Positions 11,476 through 22,958 of a stretch of 64,000 nt of DNA are shown here, piece by piece; within the stretch, counting starts at the first letter, position 1; every line of letters begins with the position of its first letter. The translations under genes were made by a program, and so were the position numbers. The stretch is from Rhynchopus sp. YZ270_cl-10 (lineage: Eukaryota). The notes beneath the pieces are model-generated. The model searched no databases. It saw nothing but the letters and a program-made list of their open reading frames with translations, and was not told the DNA's origin. The stretch is from the NCBI GenBank assembly GCA_964035575.1, contig OZ037844.1, positions 1,488,001 to 1,552,000 on the forward strand. The letters are read 5' to 3'.

Positions 11476-13350
11476 GCATACTTGCACCCCCATATGGGGA
11501 GGCCCTAAAATATGGGGGGGATATGGGGGGATATGGGGGTTTTTTTAAATGTTTCCTTCCCCCATATTCCCCCATATGGGGGAATATGGGGGAATATGGG
11601 GGACTTTAGTAGGGGGAAAGAGGGAAATACAACAACAAATTGTTACAATATATAATTGTGGTGCCCCGCGACCAGCCCACAATCGCCCCCCTAGAGCCCC
11701 CCTGGGCCCACCTGAACCCAATTTCACCCGATTTCGCCCGGATTTCAAAAATTCCTTTTTTTGGGCCACACCCTCCCGGTACTGGGTACTGTGTACTGTG
11801 TACTGTGTACTGTGTACTGTGTACTGTGTACTGTGTACTGTGTACTGTGTACTGTGTACTGTGTACTGTGTACTGTGTACTGTGTACTGTGTACTGTGTA
11901 CTGTGTACTGTGTACTGTGTACTGTGTACTGTGTACTGTGTACTGTGTACTGTGTACTGTGTACTGTGTACTGTGTACTGTGTACTGTGTACTGTGTACT
12001 GTGTACTGTGTACTGTGTACTGTGTACTGTGTACTGTGTACTGTGTACTGTGTACTGTGTACTGTGTACTGTGTACTGTGTACTGTGTACTGTGTACTGT
12101 GTACTGTGTACTGTGTACTGTGTACTGTGTACTGTGTACTGTGTACTGTGTACTGTGTACTGTGTACTGTGTACTGTGTACTGTGTACTGTGTACTGTGT
12201 ACTGTGTACTGTGTACTGTGTACTGTGTACTGTGTACTGTGTACTGTGTACTGTGTACTGTGTACTGTGTACTGTGTACTGTGTACTGTGTACTGTGTAC
12301 TGTGTACTGTGTACTGTGTACTGTGTACTGTGTACTGTGTACTGTGTACTGTGTACTGTGTACTGTGTACTGTGTACTGTGTACTGTGTACTGTGTACTG
12401 TGTACTGTGTACTGTGTACTGTGTACTGTGTACTGTGTACTGTGTACTGTGTACTGTGTACTGTGTACTGTGTACTGTGTACTGTGTACTGTGTACTGTG
12501 TACTGTGTACTGTGTACTGTGTACTGTGTACTGTGTACTGTGTACTGTGTACTGTGTACTGTGTACTGTGTACTGTGTACTGTGTACTGTGTACTGTGTA
12601 CTGTGTACTGTGTACTGTGTACTGTGTACTGTGTACTGTGTACTGTGTACTGTGTACTGTGTACTGTGTACTGTGTACTGTGTACTGTGTACTGTGTACT
12701 GTGTACTGTGTACTGTGTACTGTGTACTGTGTACTGTGTACTGTGTACTGTGTACTGTGTACTGTGTACTGTGTACTGTGTACTGTGTACTGTGTACTGT
12801 GTACTGTGTACTGTGTACTGTGTACTGTGTACTGTGTACTGTGTACTGTGTACTGTGTACTGTGTACTGTGTACTGTGTACTGTGTACTGTGTACTGTGT
12901 ACTGTGTACTGTGTACTGTGTACTGTGTACTGTGTACTGTGTACTGTGTACTGTGTACTGTGTACTGTGTACTGTGTACTGTGTACTGTGTACTGTGTAC
13001 TGTGTACTGTGTACTGTGTACTGTGTACTGTGTACTGTGAGTCACCTAAAGGGGTTCTGCTCAACGAAAGTGGCCGATTTTTTTTTTATTTCACCCAGAC
13101 CCAGCCCGGAAATCTCGAAAAGCGCGGTTTCTGGGTGTTTTACTGGGCCAAACCCTCACAGAAGCCAAAAAACCCACCCCAAAATCACCAAAATCCCCCC
13201 ATATGGGGGATTTCAAATCCCATATCCCCCCATATTTCTGCAGTATGTCCCCATATTTCCTCGTAGTTTCCCCATATGGGGGACGGGTTTCTGGAAACCC
13301 CCATATCCCCCCATATTTAGTGGGTTCCCCATATGGGGGTGCAAGTATGC
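11476..13350. mobile_element. Non-autonomous TIR element with 3-bp TSD carrying a (TGTGTAC)n array
   Basis: 25-bp perfect TIR GCATACTTGCACCCCCATATGGGGA, CTA at 11473-11475 and 13351-13353, subterminal CCCCATATGGGG repeats. Confidence 0.88.
11786..13039. repeat. Perfect heptamer satellite (GTACTGT)n, ~179 copies
   Basis: Directly visible; no interruption seen. Confidence 0.99.
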
Positions 13351-13648
13351 CTAGGGGGGGGGAGTAAAGGGTCAATTTTACAAAACCAGATTTTGAGGAA
13401 AATTTTAGCCGAAAATGGGCCCACGTATAAGGAACTGGGCTCATATTTCTCAAAATTTAAGTGGTCAAAAAATTGTCCAATTTTCGAGATTGACCCCACC
13501 ACTGCACGGGCGGATCCCAAAAATGCAAATAACGACCCTTTTTAATTTGTTCTCTTGAAATGTGTAATTTCATGTTTTCGCGAAAAAAATAACAACTGAT
13601 CCGACAAGGGTTGAAGGAAGGTGGTTGAAAACAACAATAACAACAAGG

Positions 13649-14107
13649 ACAAGTAATTGCTAAGAAAAAACGGGGTGTGCTGTGGAAAACTCCGCGCGAT
13701 TTTCGAAACCACCGCGCGATTTTCGAAACCACCGTAGCATCCTGGCGATTTGCTGGAGGTGCTGATGCGCCTGGTGTGATCGATGTGTTGTAGTCTGTGC
13801 ATTCTGTGTTCCTTCCGCACTGCTCCAACGACGACGACAATGTGGGGACCCTGTGGACAAAAACGAGCTGGAACACGCCGAGCCTGCCGAGCCAACGTCC
13901 AACAACGCTATCGAGCGGATGGTGCTGGACGAAGAGGACAGCCCCCCTTCTTGAACGTTTCAGATGCTGGCGTCCCAGTGGGTCTGGCAGCGTACGAAGA
14001 GCGTTAGCATACCTGCAGAAGAGCAGAATGCTGGGCGTGTTGTAGATTATTTCTACAGGATGGAGTTCCACATACACCCCGTTTTTTTTCCGATAGCAAT
14101 TACTTGT
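13649..14107. mobile_element. Second copy of the ACAAGTAATTGCTA-ended element
   Basis: 14-bp TIR ACAAGTAATTGCTA / TAGCAATTACTTGT; interior homologous to 3174-3585. Confidence 0.75.
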
Positions 14108-14454
14108 TTTTTTTTGCCTCTTTTTCTCCGACTAAGGTGCCACACTCTCCTGCCTTCTTTCTGTTACTTCTTTTGATTTGATAGACCGATTGGTCTTTAT
14201 TGTGGGGTCCAAGAAACCGCTACAGTTGTGTTTTGTAACCTGCAAGCGGAGATACAATTCAGAACAAAAATTCAAAAATCCGTCTTTATTTTTGGTACAC
14301 TGTCACGAGAGGGCTTTGTCTGTCAACTCGCGCGGATGTTTCAATACAACACGTGACTTTGAGACGAAGGGACACACGTAACTTTTCTATTTTCTTTGTT
14401 TGACTCCCACTATCAATTTATTGATTGCATATTATGAAAATACTTTGTTTAAAC

Positions 14455-15454
14455 AACTAACCCCATTTTTTATATTTTGACGCTTTCTTTTTGCTTTTGT
14501 TTGAACAGACTGTTTGTACGCAGGTTACGCCTTTGCCCTACAGTGGTTTGAGCTTCTTGTGTTGACACTGTCGAAAAGGGGACACGGAATGTACGTATCC
14601 TGAAACGCACAGCATACACTGTTGTTTTATGCACACTTAGTCTTTTGCGCAACAAGCAAGAGTAACGAGTCTCTCGAGCATTTCTTGCACCATACTCATC
14701 CTCGAATGACATCATCCCTTGACAACACTGGAATCCCGCACAGCTGATGCTGTGCGATAACGAATGTGATCAAGGTGAGGAACCACGAGAGCTTCAGGTT
14801 CATCTTTGTAAACTTTTCTTTCTTTCCCCTTCGCAGATGTGAAACTCGCACCTGTGAATTCCAAAACAATTCTCTTTAATGATGATCAACACAATGCAGA
14901 CATCAGCCACATAAAAAACAGTACGACCCCATTTGTTTTGCATCCAACTTCAATACCCCCGTCACAAAGTGTACCAACAAGGACCACTTCCGTTGGCTTA
15001 GAATCAGGTTCGTGTGGAGGTGGGGAGGCAGTCTGCCAGTTGTTCTTGCTACTGTGAGCGGCGAGTTGAAGCGTTGTGCCCCTTTCAGTTGTGATGAGTG
15101 GCAAAAGAACGTCGACCTCGCTGTGTCTGCCTTCATCTGCGATGGCTGGTCGGATGTGATGCCAAGTTGCAAGAAGCACGCCACACTTCTTCTCTCGCAC
15201 TGAAGAGCCTTGCAGTCTTTCTTTGGCGAAGATCACGACAAAAAGTGCTACATTTTCCACACGAAATACACGATCACCCACACCCTGCTTCGAGCGCTAG
15301 ATATATGAGTGATGTCCACATGCAGAAAGGAATGAAAGCCTGAACGTGACGTCTTCAGACACCTCCTTTGTCTCCTTTGTGTCCCTCCTCCCCACCTCAC
15401 AACCCACGCATAAAAAGGAAAACCACAACACACATTAACGAGAAGTTCAAAACC
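14455..15454 (+). repeat. Conserved ~1-kb upstream block of the ankyrin tandem unit
   Basis: Near-identical at ~24520-25220 (with an internal ~280-bp deletion), ~33250-34195 and ~37730-38733. Confidence 0.9.
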
Positions 15455-18400
15455 ATGTCGAAGCGACACACAGACAGCACACCTGACGAGAAGGCACCAC
15501 ACAGCACAACACTTTCTGCACACAAGGTCTTGGTGGAGGCTGCCAGGAACGGTGACACGACTGCCGTGCGGGTGGGACTTGAGAAGCTCAGACCAGACAC
15601 AGACAGCAAAACGGTTGCCTTCGATGCTGTGCACGAGGCATGCAGAGGGAACCACGATGAATGCCTCGCACTGCTTCTTCCGTATGTTGAGACAACGCAG
15701 ATGGGCTTCGGGATGCTGCTGAGTGAGTGCATCCACGCAGACCACACTGCGTGCACGGAGGTCCTCTTGCAGCATTGGAAGTCAGTCTGCAGCAACGTTG
15801 CGTTTGTCCCACACGGGCAGGAGGACAACAAAGACCGTCCCTGTCCAGCCATGTGGGCGGACCCTGCAGTGTGTCAGGTGCTCATTGATGCAGGGGCAGA
15901 CATCGAGACAAAGGACGACATGGGACGTTCGCCTCTGCACTGGTCTTGTCGTTCAGGAGCACTCGATGTTGTGAAGATGTTGGTCGAAGCAGGTGCGGGA
16001 GTGTGTGGTACGTGCAACTTCGGATACACATGTCTTATTTTTGCGGCACATCATGGACACACGGAGACTGTGCGCTATCTTGTGGGCTTGAAGGATGTGG
16101 ACGTGAACCACAAGGCCGGGGACGGCTTAACTGCGGTGCTTTGTGCAGCTCAGCTAAATCATTCAGATGTGGTGCAGGTGCTCATTGATGCAGGGGCAGA
16201 CATCGAGGCGAAAATCAAAGATGGTCGTTCACCTCTGCTGTTTGCAAGCAGTTTAGGGCATCTCGATATTGTGAAGATGTTGGTGGAAGCAGGTGCGGGA
16301 GTGCGTGTCACGTGCAAATTCGGACTCACATGTCTTACTCTTGCGGCACATGAAGGACACACCGAGACTGTGCGCTATCTTGTGGGTTTGAAGGATGTGG
16401 ACGTGAATCACAATACTGAGGACGGCAGCACTGCGGTGCTTTGTGCAGCTCAGAAAAATCATTCAGATGTGGTGCAGGTGCTCATTGATGCAGGGGCAGA
16501 CATCGAGGCGAAGAGCAAAGATGGTGGTTCACCTCTGCTGGGTGCCAGTATCAAAGGGCATCTCGACGTTGTGAAGATGTTGGTCGAAGCAGGTGCAGAC
16601 GTGTGTGTCACACTCAATGACGGACTCACATGTCTTATGTTTGCGTCACATTTTGGACACGCCGAGACTGTGCGCTATCTTGTGGGCTTGAAGGATGTGG
16701 ACGTGAATCACGCAGAGAACGGTTTCACTGCGTTGCACTGCGCAGTGCAGGAAGGACACGATGTGGTGCAGGTGCTCATTGATGCAGGGGCAGACCTCGA
16801 GACAAAAGACGAGGAAGGACGTTCACCTCTGCACAAGGCAAGCATTGCAGGCAAAATCGTTATTGTGAAGATGTTGGTCGAAGCAGGTGCGGGAGTGCGT
16901 GCCACAGACAACGAAGGACTCACATGTCTTATTTTTGCGGCTGGTTTGGAACACACCGAGATTGTGCGCTATCTTGTAGGTTTGAAGGATATGGATGTGA
17001 ACCACGCAGAGAACAACGGCTGCACTGCGTTGCACTGGGCAGGACAGGAAGGACATGGCGATGTGGTGCAGGTGCTCATTGATGCAGGGGCAGACGTTGA
17101 AGCAAAGAACAGCGTGGGTCGTTCTGCACTGCCCTTGGCTGGCTTTCACGGGAAGCTGGAAGTTGCCAAGGTGTTGGTCGAAGCAGGTGCGGACGTGTGT
17201 GTCGCAGACCACAATGGAGACACGTGTCTTATCCTTGCTGCGAATGCTGGACACACCGAGACTGTACGCTATCTTGTGGGCTTGAAGGATGTGGACGTGA
17301 ATCATGAAAATGAGAACGGCGCCACTGCGTTGCTCTGCGCAGTGCTGAAGGGACTTCCCACTGTGGTGCAGGTTCTCATTGATGCAGGGGCAGACGTGCA
17401 GACAAAGAACACTAATGGAGAATTGCCTCTACACTTTGCTAGCTTCATGGGCGAGCTGGGGGCTGTGAAGATGTTGGTCGAAGCAGGTGCGGAAGTGCGT
17501 GCCACAGACAGCACAGGACAGACGTGTCTTATGCTTGCGTCGGGCGCTGGACACATCGATACTGTGTGTTACCTTGTGGGCTTGAAGGATGTCGAAGTGA
17601 ATCATCATGAAGAGGAGAAGTGCTTCACTGCGTTGCATTTCGCAGTGCAGAAAGGACATGGCGATGTGGTGCAGGTGCTCATTGATGCAGGGGCAGACAT
17701 GGAGGCAAAGAACAGCGCGGGTTGTTCTGCACTGCTCTTGGCTGTCTTTCATGGGAAGCTGGAAGTTGCCAAGGTGTTGGTCAAAGCAGGTGCGTGCGTG
17801 TGTGTCACGGAGAACAATGGAGACACGTGTCTTATGCTTGCATCACTCTATGGACACACCGAGACTGTGCGCACTCTTCTGTGCATGCCTGAGGTGGATG
17901 TGAATCACGTACAGAATGCAGAGAACAACAGCTCCACTTCGCTACACTACGCAGTGTTAAAGAAGCACGCAGATGTGGTGCAGGTGCTCATTGATGCAGG
18001 GGCTGATGTTGATGCAAAGAACAGCCTCGGAAGCACACCACTTCACTGTGCTTGTGAGGTTGGGGAACTCGACATTGTGCAGAGGTTGATGGAAGCAGGT
18101 GCGGACGTGAGTCTGGTGGACGATAAGACTAACACGTGTCTTATCATTGCGGCGTATGCAGGACACACCGAGACTGTGCGCTATCTTGTGGGCTTGAAGG
18201 ATGTGGACGTGAATTATCGAGGCGTGACCAACTTCACTGCGTTGTACAGTGCTGTGCAGGAAGGACATCACGATGTGCTTGAGGTTCTCATTGATGCAGG
18301 GGCAGATATGGAGGTTGCGAACAGCTGGGGTACACTGGCTCTGGAGGTTGCGTGCAATGGTGGGGATGTTGTGAGTGTGAAGATGTTGGTCGAAGCAGGC

Positions 18401-18715
18401 GCAAATGTGCATGTTGCAGACACGAACAGAGCCTCCTGTCTCATGCTCGCAGTGCTTAAAGGACACGCCGAGACGGTGCGCTACCTTGCAGGCTTGCCAC
18501 AGGTGGACGTGGATGAAGTGCGTAAAGGAAAGACTGCGCTGTGCTGTGCACTGGACGGGGGAGCACATGCCGATGTGGTGCAGGCGCTTGGTGCGACACG
18601 TCGCATGCATGTCTCACGGACAGCGTGTGGTGGATGTCCTGTTGTATGGTGGGGTATTGGGGGTTTGTTTTTGGGGGTCTATGGTTATTTTAAACTAGCG
18701 AGAAGGAGTGTTTAG
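15455..18715 (+). CDS. Long ankyrin-repeat protein with C-terminal TM tail (array copy 2)
   Basis: Uninterrupted ORF paralogous to 6727-9381; longest copy. Confidence 0.93.
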   Translation: MSKRHTDSTPDEKAPHSTTLSAHKVLVEAARNGDTTAVRVGLEKLRPDTDSKTVAFDAVHEACRGNHDECLALLLPYVETTQMGFGMLLSECIHADHTACTEVLLQHWKSVCSNVAFVPHGQEDNKDRPCPAMWADPAVCQVLIDAGADIETKDDMGRSPLHWSCRSGALDVVKMLVEAGAGVCGTCNFGYTCLIFAAHHGHTETVRYLVGLKDVDVNHKAGDGLTAVLCAAQLNHSDVVQVLIDAGADIEAKIKDGRSPLLFASSLGHLDIVKMLVEAGAGVRVTCKFGLTCLTLAAHEGHTETVRYLVGLKDVDVNHNTEDGSTAVLCAAQKNHSDVVQVLIDAGADIEAKSKDGGSPLLGASIKGHLDVVKMLVEAGADVCVTLNDGLTCLMFASHFGHAETVRYLVGLKDVDVNHAENGFTALHCAVQEGHDVVQVLIDAGADLETKDEEGRSPLHKASIAGKIVIVKMLVEAGAGVRATDNEGLTCLIFAAGLEHTEIVRYLVGLKDMDVNHAENNGCTALHWAGQEGHGDVVQVLIDAGADVEAKNSVGRSALPLAGFHGKLEVAKVLVEAGADVCVADHNGDTCLILAANAGHTETVRYLVGLKDVDVNHENENGATALLCAVLKGLPTVVQVLIDAGADVQTKNTNGELPLHFASFMGELGAVKMLVEAGAEVRATDSTGQTCLMLASGAGHIDTVCYLVGLKDVEVNHHEEEKCFTALHFAVQKGHGDVVQVLIDAGADMEAKNSAGCSALLLAVFHGKLEVAKVLVKAGACVCVTENNGDTCLMLASLYGHTETVRTLLCMPEVDVNHVQNAENNSSTSLHYAVLKKHADVVQVLIDAGADVDAKNSLGSTPLHCACEVGELDIVQRLMEAGADVSLVDDKTNTCLIIAAYAGHTETVRYLVGLKDVDVNYRGVTNFTALYSAVQEGHHDVLEVLIDAGADMEVANSWGTLALEVACNGGDVVSVKMLVEAGANVHVADTNRASCLMLAVLKGHAETVRYLAGLPQVDVDEVRKGKTALCCALDGGAHADVVQALGATRRMHVSRTACGGCPVVWWGIGGLFLGVYGYFKLARRSV

Positions 18716-19143
18716 GAAATGTGAAGATGTTGGTCGAAGGTGTGGAGTGCGCATCACGACAACATGCAAGACGTGTCTTATCATTGCGTTTGTTTTCTTC
18801 CCCTGACAACGCACTTGTGGAGTCCCGCGCAGCTGATGTTGTGCGATAGGTGACGATAGGCCGCAGAAGGTGAAGAAGTTTTGTGTGGAAACACCTTTTC
18901 GCCTTATTCGTCTTTTTTTACCTCTTTTTCTCCTACTAAGGTGCCACACTCTCCTGCCCGCATTGCTCAACATTTCTGTCACTTTGCCTTTGTGAGGTAC
19001 TTCTTTCGACACCTGATGTGTGTTCTTTCTTTTCCCTGCCTACTCTTAACCCGCTCATGTTGCAATTGCGGTGCTGTACATGATTTTTGCTGCACATATG
19101 AAAGAACTGTTGCTGTTGGGTGTCATTAATCTTTTGTCCCCCT

Positions 19144-19181
<38 letters not shown>

Positions 19182-19419
19182 GGTTTCAGGGTTTCCGCCA
19201 GGATTTGGGGTTTCAGAAATTGGGGTGTACCATGAAAATGACCCCCCAAAAAATTTTTTTCTCCCCGAAAAAGCGGTCGTCGCGCGCTTCGCGCGCGCCT
19301 CCCTGGCAGACACAGGTAGAGAGGCGAAGCGTGCGGGGGGGTGCTACAAAAAATTTTTTTGGGAAGGGTTGAAAGGGCAGAAAGGGAGGCGCGAGATACG
19401 CTCACTACCGGTTGAGGTG

Positions 19420-19716
19420 TCACTTCCACTGGGCTGCAGATATGTGGCGCATCTCTGCAGCACGGCAATTACTGTGTAGCGCCATGCAATGAAAAAAGCA
19501 ATTCCCATCACCCTCCACTCTCACAAGACTCCTTACCTTTCCCCATTGTCTCCTTGATTCCGCTTCCACCTCCTCCTCCAGCCGAAGTGATGCCCGTACC
19601 GCCTCGTCAACCGTGGGAGGGGTCTCCTTGACCAAGACAAGTCGGCTCTGCCGCAGCTTTGGCACAACTTTTTGGGTTTTAGCACCAGGTTTGATAGCAA
19701 CCATGTTAAGCTTCAC
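19420..19716 (-). pseudogene. OTU-like cysteine protease fragment within an inverted duplication
   Basis: Translation LVRVEGDGNCFFHCMA resembles the OTU catalytic motif (GDGNCLF). 19471-19539 is an inverted copy of 19754-19815. Confidence 0.5.
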
Positions 19717-20271
19717 AGCTGGTTCGTTTGGAGGTCGGGGGTGGAAGCTTCACAAGGTAAAGGAGTCTTGTGAGAGTGATGGTATTTGCTTTTTTCATTG
19801 CATGGCGCTACACAGTGATTACAGTGCTGCCGTTGTAACATGTAATAGAAAGTGAATGCATTCGTCGCTTGCACCGAAGCCTCCTTTAACACTTGGTCCT
19901 GAGTTTTTGTCCAAACTGGGTATTTTTTTAAATAAAGAACAACTATTCAAAACTGTAAAATTCTTGCTTTAATTGATTTTTCTGGTAAAACCTATCTACA
20001 CACAAAAAAATTCGAGCAGATTCGTTGAGTGACTAAAACCCAATCGCCCATAGACAGAGAGACCCAAAACGGTGGTTTTCCCTGTAAGTCCTTAAGGATT
20101 GCCTTTGCCATTTGCAAAAATATTATGACCGCAAAAATGGCAACATGTAATCTGTGGTGCTCAAAAGTGCAAAATTCTTGCTCCAATGGATTCTCCGGGT
20201 ATATATTGTACCTGGAGAATATGGTCAGATCACTCTTCAGACCATCTGGGGTACGGTCACACACAGGTAGC

Positions 20272-20702
20272 ATACACAGTATACACAGTATACACAGTAT
20301 ACACAGTATACACAGTATACACAGTATACACAGTATACACAGTATACACAGTATACACAGTATACACAGTATACACAGTATACACAGTATACACAGTATA
20401 CACAGTATACACAGTATACACAGTATACACAGTATACACAGTATACACAGTATACACAGTATACACAGTATACACAGTATACACAGTATACACAGTATAC
20501 ACAGTATACACAGTATACACAGTATACACAGTATACACAGTATACACAGTATACACAGTATACACAGTATACACAGTATACACAGTATACACAGTATACA
20601 CAGTATACACAGTATACACAGTATACACAGTATACACAGTATACACAGTATACACAGTATACACAGTATACACAGTATACACAGTATACACAGTATACAC
20701 AG
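20272..20702. repeat. Perfect nonamer satellite (ATACACAGT)n, ~48 copies
   Basis: Directly visible. Confidence 0.99.
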
Positions 20703-20711
20703 GGGATTGGG

Positions 20712-20953
20712 AGTACAGTACAGTACAGTACAGTACAGTACAGTACAGTACAGTACAGTACAGTACAGTACAGTACAGTACAGTACAGTACAGTACAGTA
20801 CAGTACAGTACAGTACAGTACAGTACAGTACAGTACAGTACAGTACAGTACAGTACAGTACAGTACAGTACAGTACAGTACAGTACAGTACAGTACAGTA
20901 CAGTACAGTACAGTACAGTACAGTACAGTACAGTACAGTACAGTACAGTACAG
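20712..20953. repeat. Perfect pentamer satellite (CAGTA)n, ~48 copies
   Basis: Directly visible. Followed by TTACATGTAA motifs and a CACGACG-family right end (TACTTCACCGTCGTG, 21066-21080). Confidence 0.99.
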
Positions 20954-21132
20954 CTGGACAAAAATATGCAGAGGCTAATCTCCTCAGACAAAAATCACTA
21001 CATATAAAATGACATGTGGTTTACATGTAAAAAAAATTACATGTAAAGCACAATGTCATGTCGTTTACTTCACCGTCGTGTATTTGGGGTGCTCCCCCAA
21101 AGGGTACGTTACACCACAACCGAGTATGAGCA

Positions 21133-21276
21133 ATGACAAGGGGTATGACTAGTTACATGACAAGATTAAATAATGACAAGACCCCTGTCAAATGACAAGG
21201 CCTAACGCCACTCATTACATACAGGGGTCTTGTCTTTAGTTAGTCTTGTCATGTAACTGGCCATACACCTTGTCAT
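21133..21276. mobile_element. Small foldback / MITE-like inverted repeat
   Basis: ATGACAAGGGGTATGACTAGTTACATGACAAGA...GACAAGACCCCTGT is mirrored by ACAGGGGTCTTGTC...TCTTGTCATGTAACTGGCCATACACCTTGTCAT. Confidence 0.7.
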
Positions 21277-22025
21277 ATGACTAGTCATAGGTGGTAACTA
21301 GGACGTGGTGGTCCATGGGCCATCGTGCACCCTCACGGTTTTTTGCAATTGGTGGGGGTGGGGGGACAATGGGACATACTCCGGACATGGATACCCACAC
21401 AGAACACACGGATACCCAGACATCTGTCAGGTAATCACTTATTCACTTCACACAGGTCGGGCAGACGCTGCCTGCCCATCCTCTTTTTCCTGTCTGCTAG
21501 CGACTCCAGGTTCACAACGTTCACACGTTTAGGCAAAATGTTTCGGGTAATTACTCCTTTTGGGATACACAAAATCACACAGAGAGAGCGCAATAGGAAG
21601 AGAGCGCGATCGCTTCTTCGGCAACGTGTCGAAATCAGCAGCGTCGCACAGTAAATAAAATGAGCCTCCCTCGCGATAGCGATAGGTCACGAGTGTCGCA
21701 AAGAAGGTACAAATACGACCTCTACGGTGTTGTGATGCAACGACTCACACCTCTGTCGCTCACGAGAGGAAAGTTGTGAGGTTCCACGCCCCACAACGGT
21801 GTAACTCCAGATACTTCACGACTGCAATCATTGCACATCGTAATGCTACACACCACATCCCCCCAGGCGCTTCGCGGCGAAGGGCAGGCTTAGCCCAGCC
21901 CTTAGCCAGGCAAAAATCACTTTGTCTTGATTTTTAAGTAAAAATACAGGGTGCAACGAAACCAGAAAAAAACTTCACCATTGGACGTTTCTGGGTTCCG
22001 AGCTTCCAACACAAAATTTTTGTAT

Positions 22026-22958
22026 CAGTCCTATTCGTGGTCATTTACCCCCCCCCCCTTTGGGTCGGTGAACCGGAAATTTTGGAAATAAGGGGGTAAA
22101 ATAAGGGGGGGGGGGGTAAATGAGGGGGTAAGGGGGGGGGGTAAATTACCATGTTATGGGTTAGGTCATGTTTTTGGGTGGGAAGGGGGGACTTTTTCAT
22201 ACACGGTGGGGTAAAATTTTGCACAACACAGTGTGACGACACATGCTCTCATGACAAATGTGTCATCTGAAAAAAATTCCTCACTTCCTTGCGACATCGC
22301 AAGCAGTCATGCATCATGGATCCACATCATCCACATCATCTTTCTGCCCGTGCCTGAACCATGACTGGTCAGGGATCACGGTGTTGCCTCAGATTCCGTG
22401 AGGTGTCCCAAACGTATCGCCCACGCAGCACAAACGTACCCACCTGCACCCATCTACCTGCACACGTGATGTAAAACAGGGTGAAAGATTATTTGCACTT
22501 TACCCCTTTCCTCATTTCGAGCTTGTCTCCAGCTTCAAATCAGACGAGTCCTACAGTCTCCGGATGTACGACCCGCTGAACACATCAGCCCCTCCCAGCA
22601 AACCATAAAACAAAACAGGTATGCGCTGCACTAAGTGAAACTATTACCCCATAATTACACGCCAGGTGGTGTTTTGCCACTCGTTCCCTGAACCCCCTCG
22701 CTTCGCTCGTGGGTTTAGGTCACTCGTGACAAAACACCACCTGGCGTGTTGCGGCGATAATTACCCAAAAATTACCTGGTGGCTGGTACTTTACCCCCCC
22801 AGGGGGGTAAAGTACCAGCCACAACAGGGTATTATAAGGGGGGGGGGGTAAATTACCATGTTATTTTGGCCTGAACCGTTTTTTTCTGAAAAAGGGGGTA
22901 AAATAAGGGGGGGGGGGGTAAATTTAGGGGGGGGGGTAAATGACCACGAATAGGACTG
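22026..22958. mobile_element. Non-autonomous TIR element (CAGTCCTATTCG ends)
   Basis: Perfect ~32-bp TIR CAGTCCTATTCGTGGTCATTTACCCCCCCCCC, AT on both sides, subterminal GGGGGTAAA repeats, internal inverted repeats at 22658-22748 and 22780-22821. Confidence 0.88.

Noticed and set aside
11786..13039. Telomere call for (TGTGTAC)n
   Set aside because: Internal, bracketed by TIRs and a TSD, and unlike G-rich telomeric repeats.
11549..13354. Long ORFs reading VLCTVYC / HSTQYTV (also 20029-21012 and 57126-58256)
   Set aside because: Stop-free translations of perfect satellites in multiple frames; not genes.
14470..15343. Small ORFs conserved upstream of several ankyrin copies
   Set aside because: Conservation reflects recent duplication; single-base indels and a 280-bp deletion between copies break the frames.
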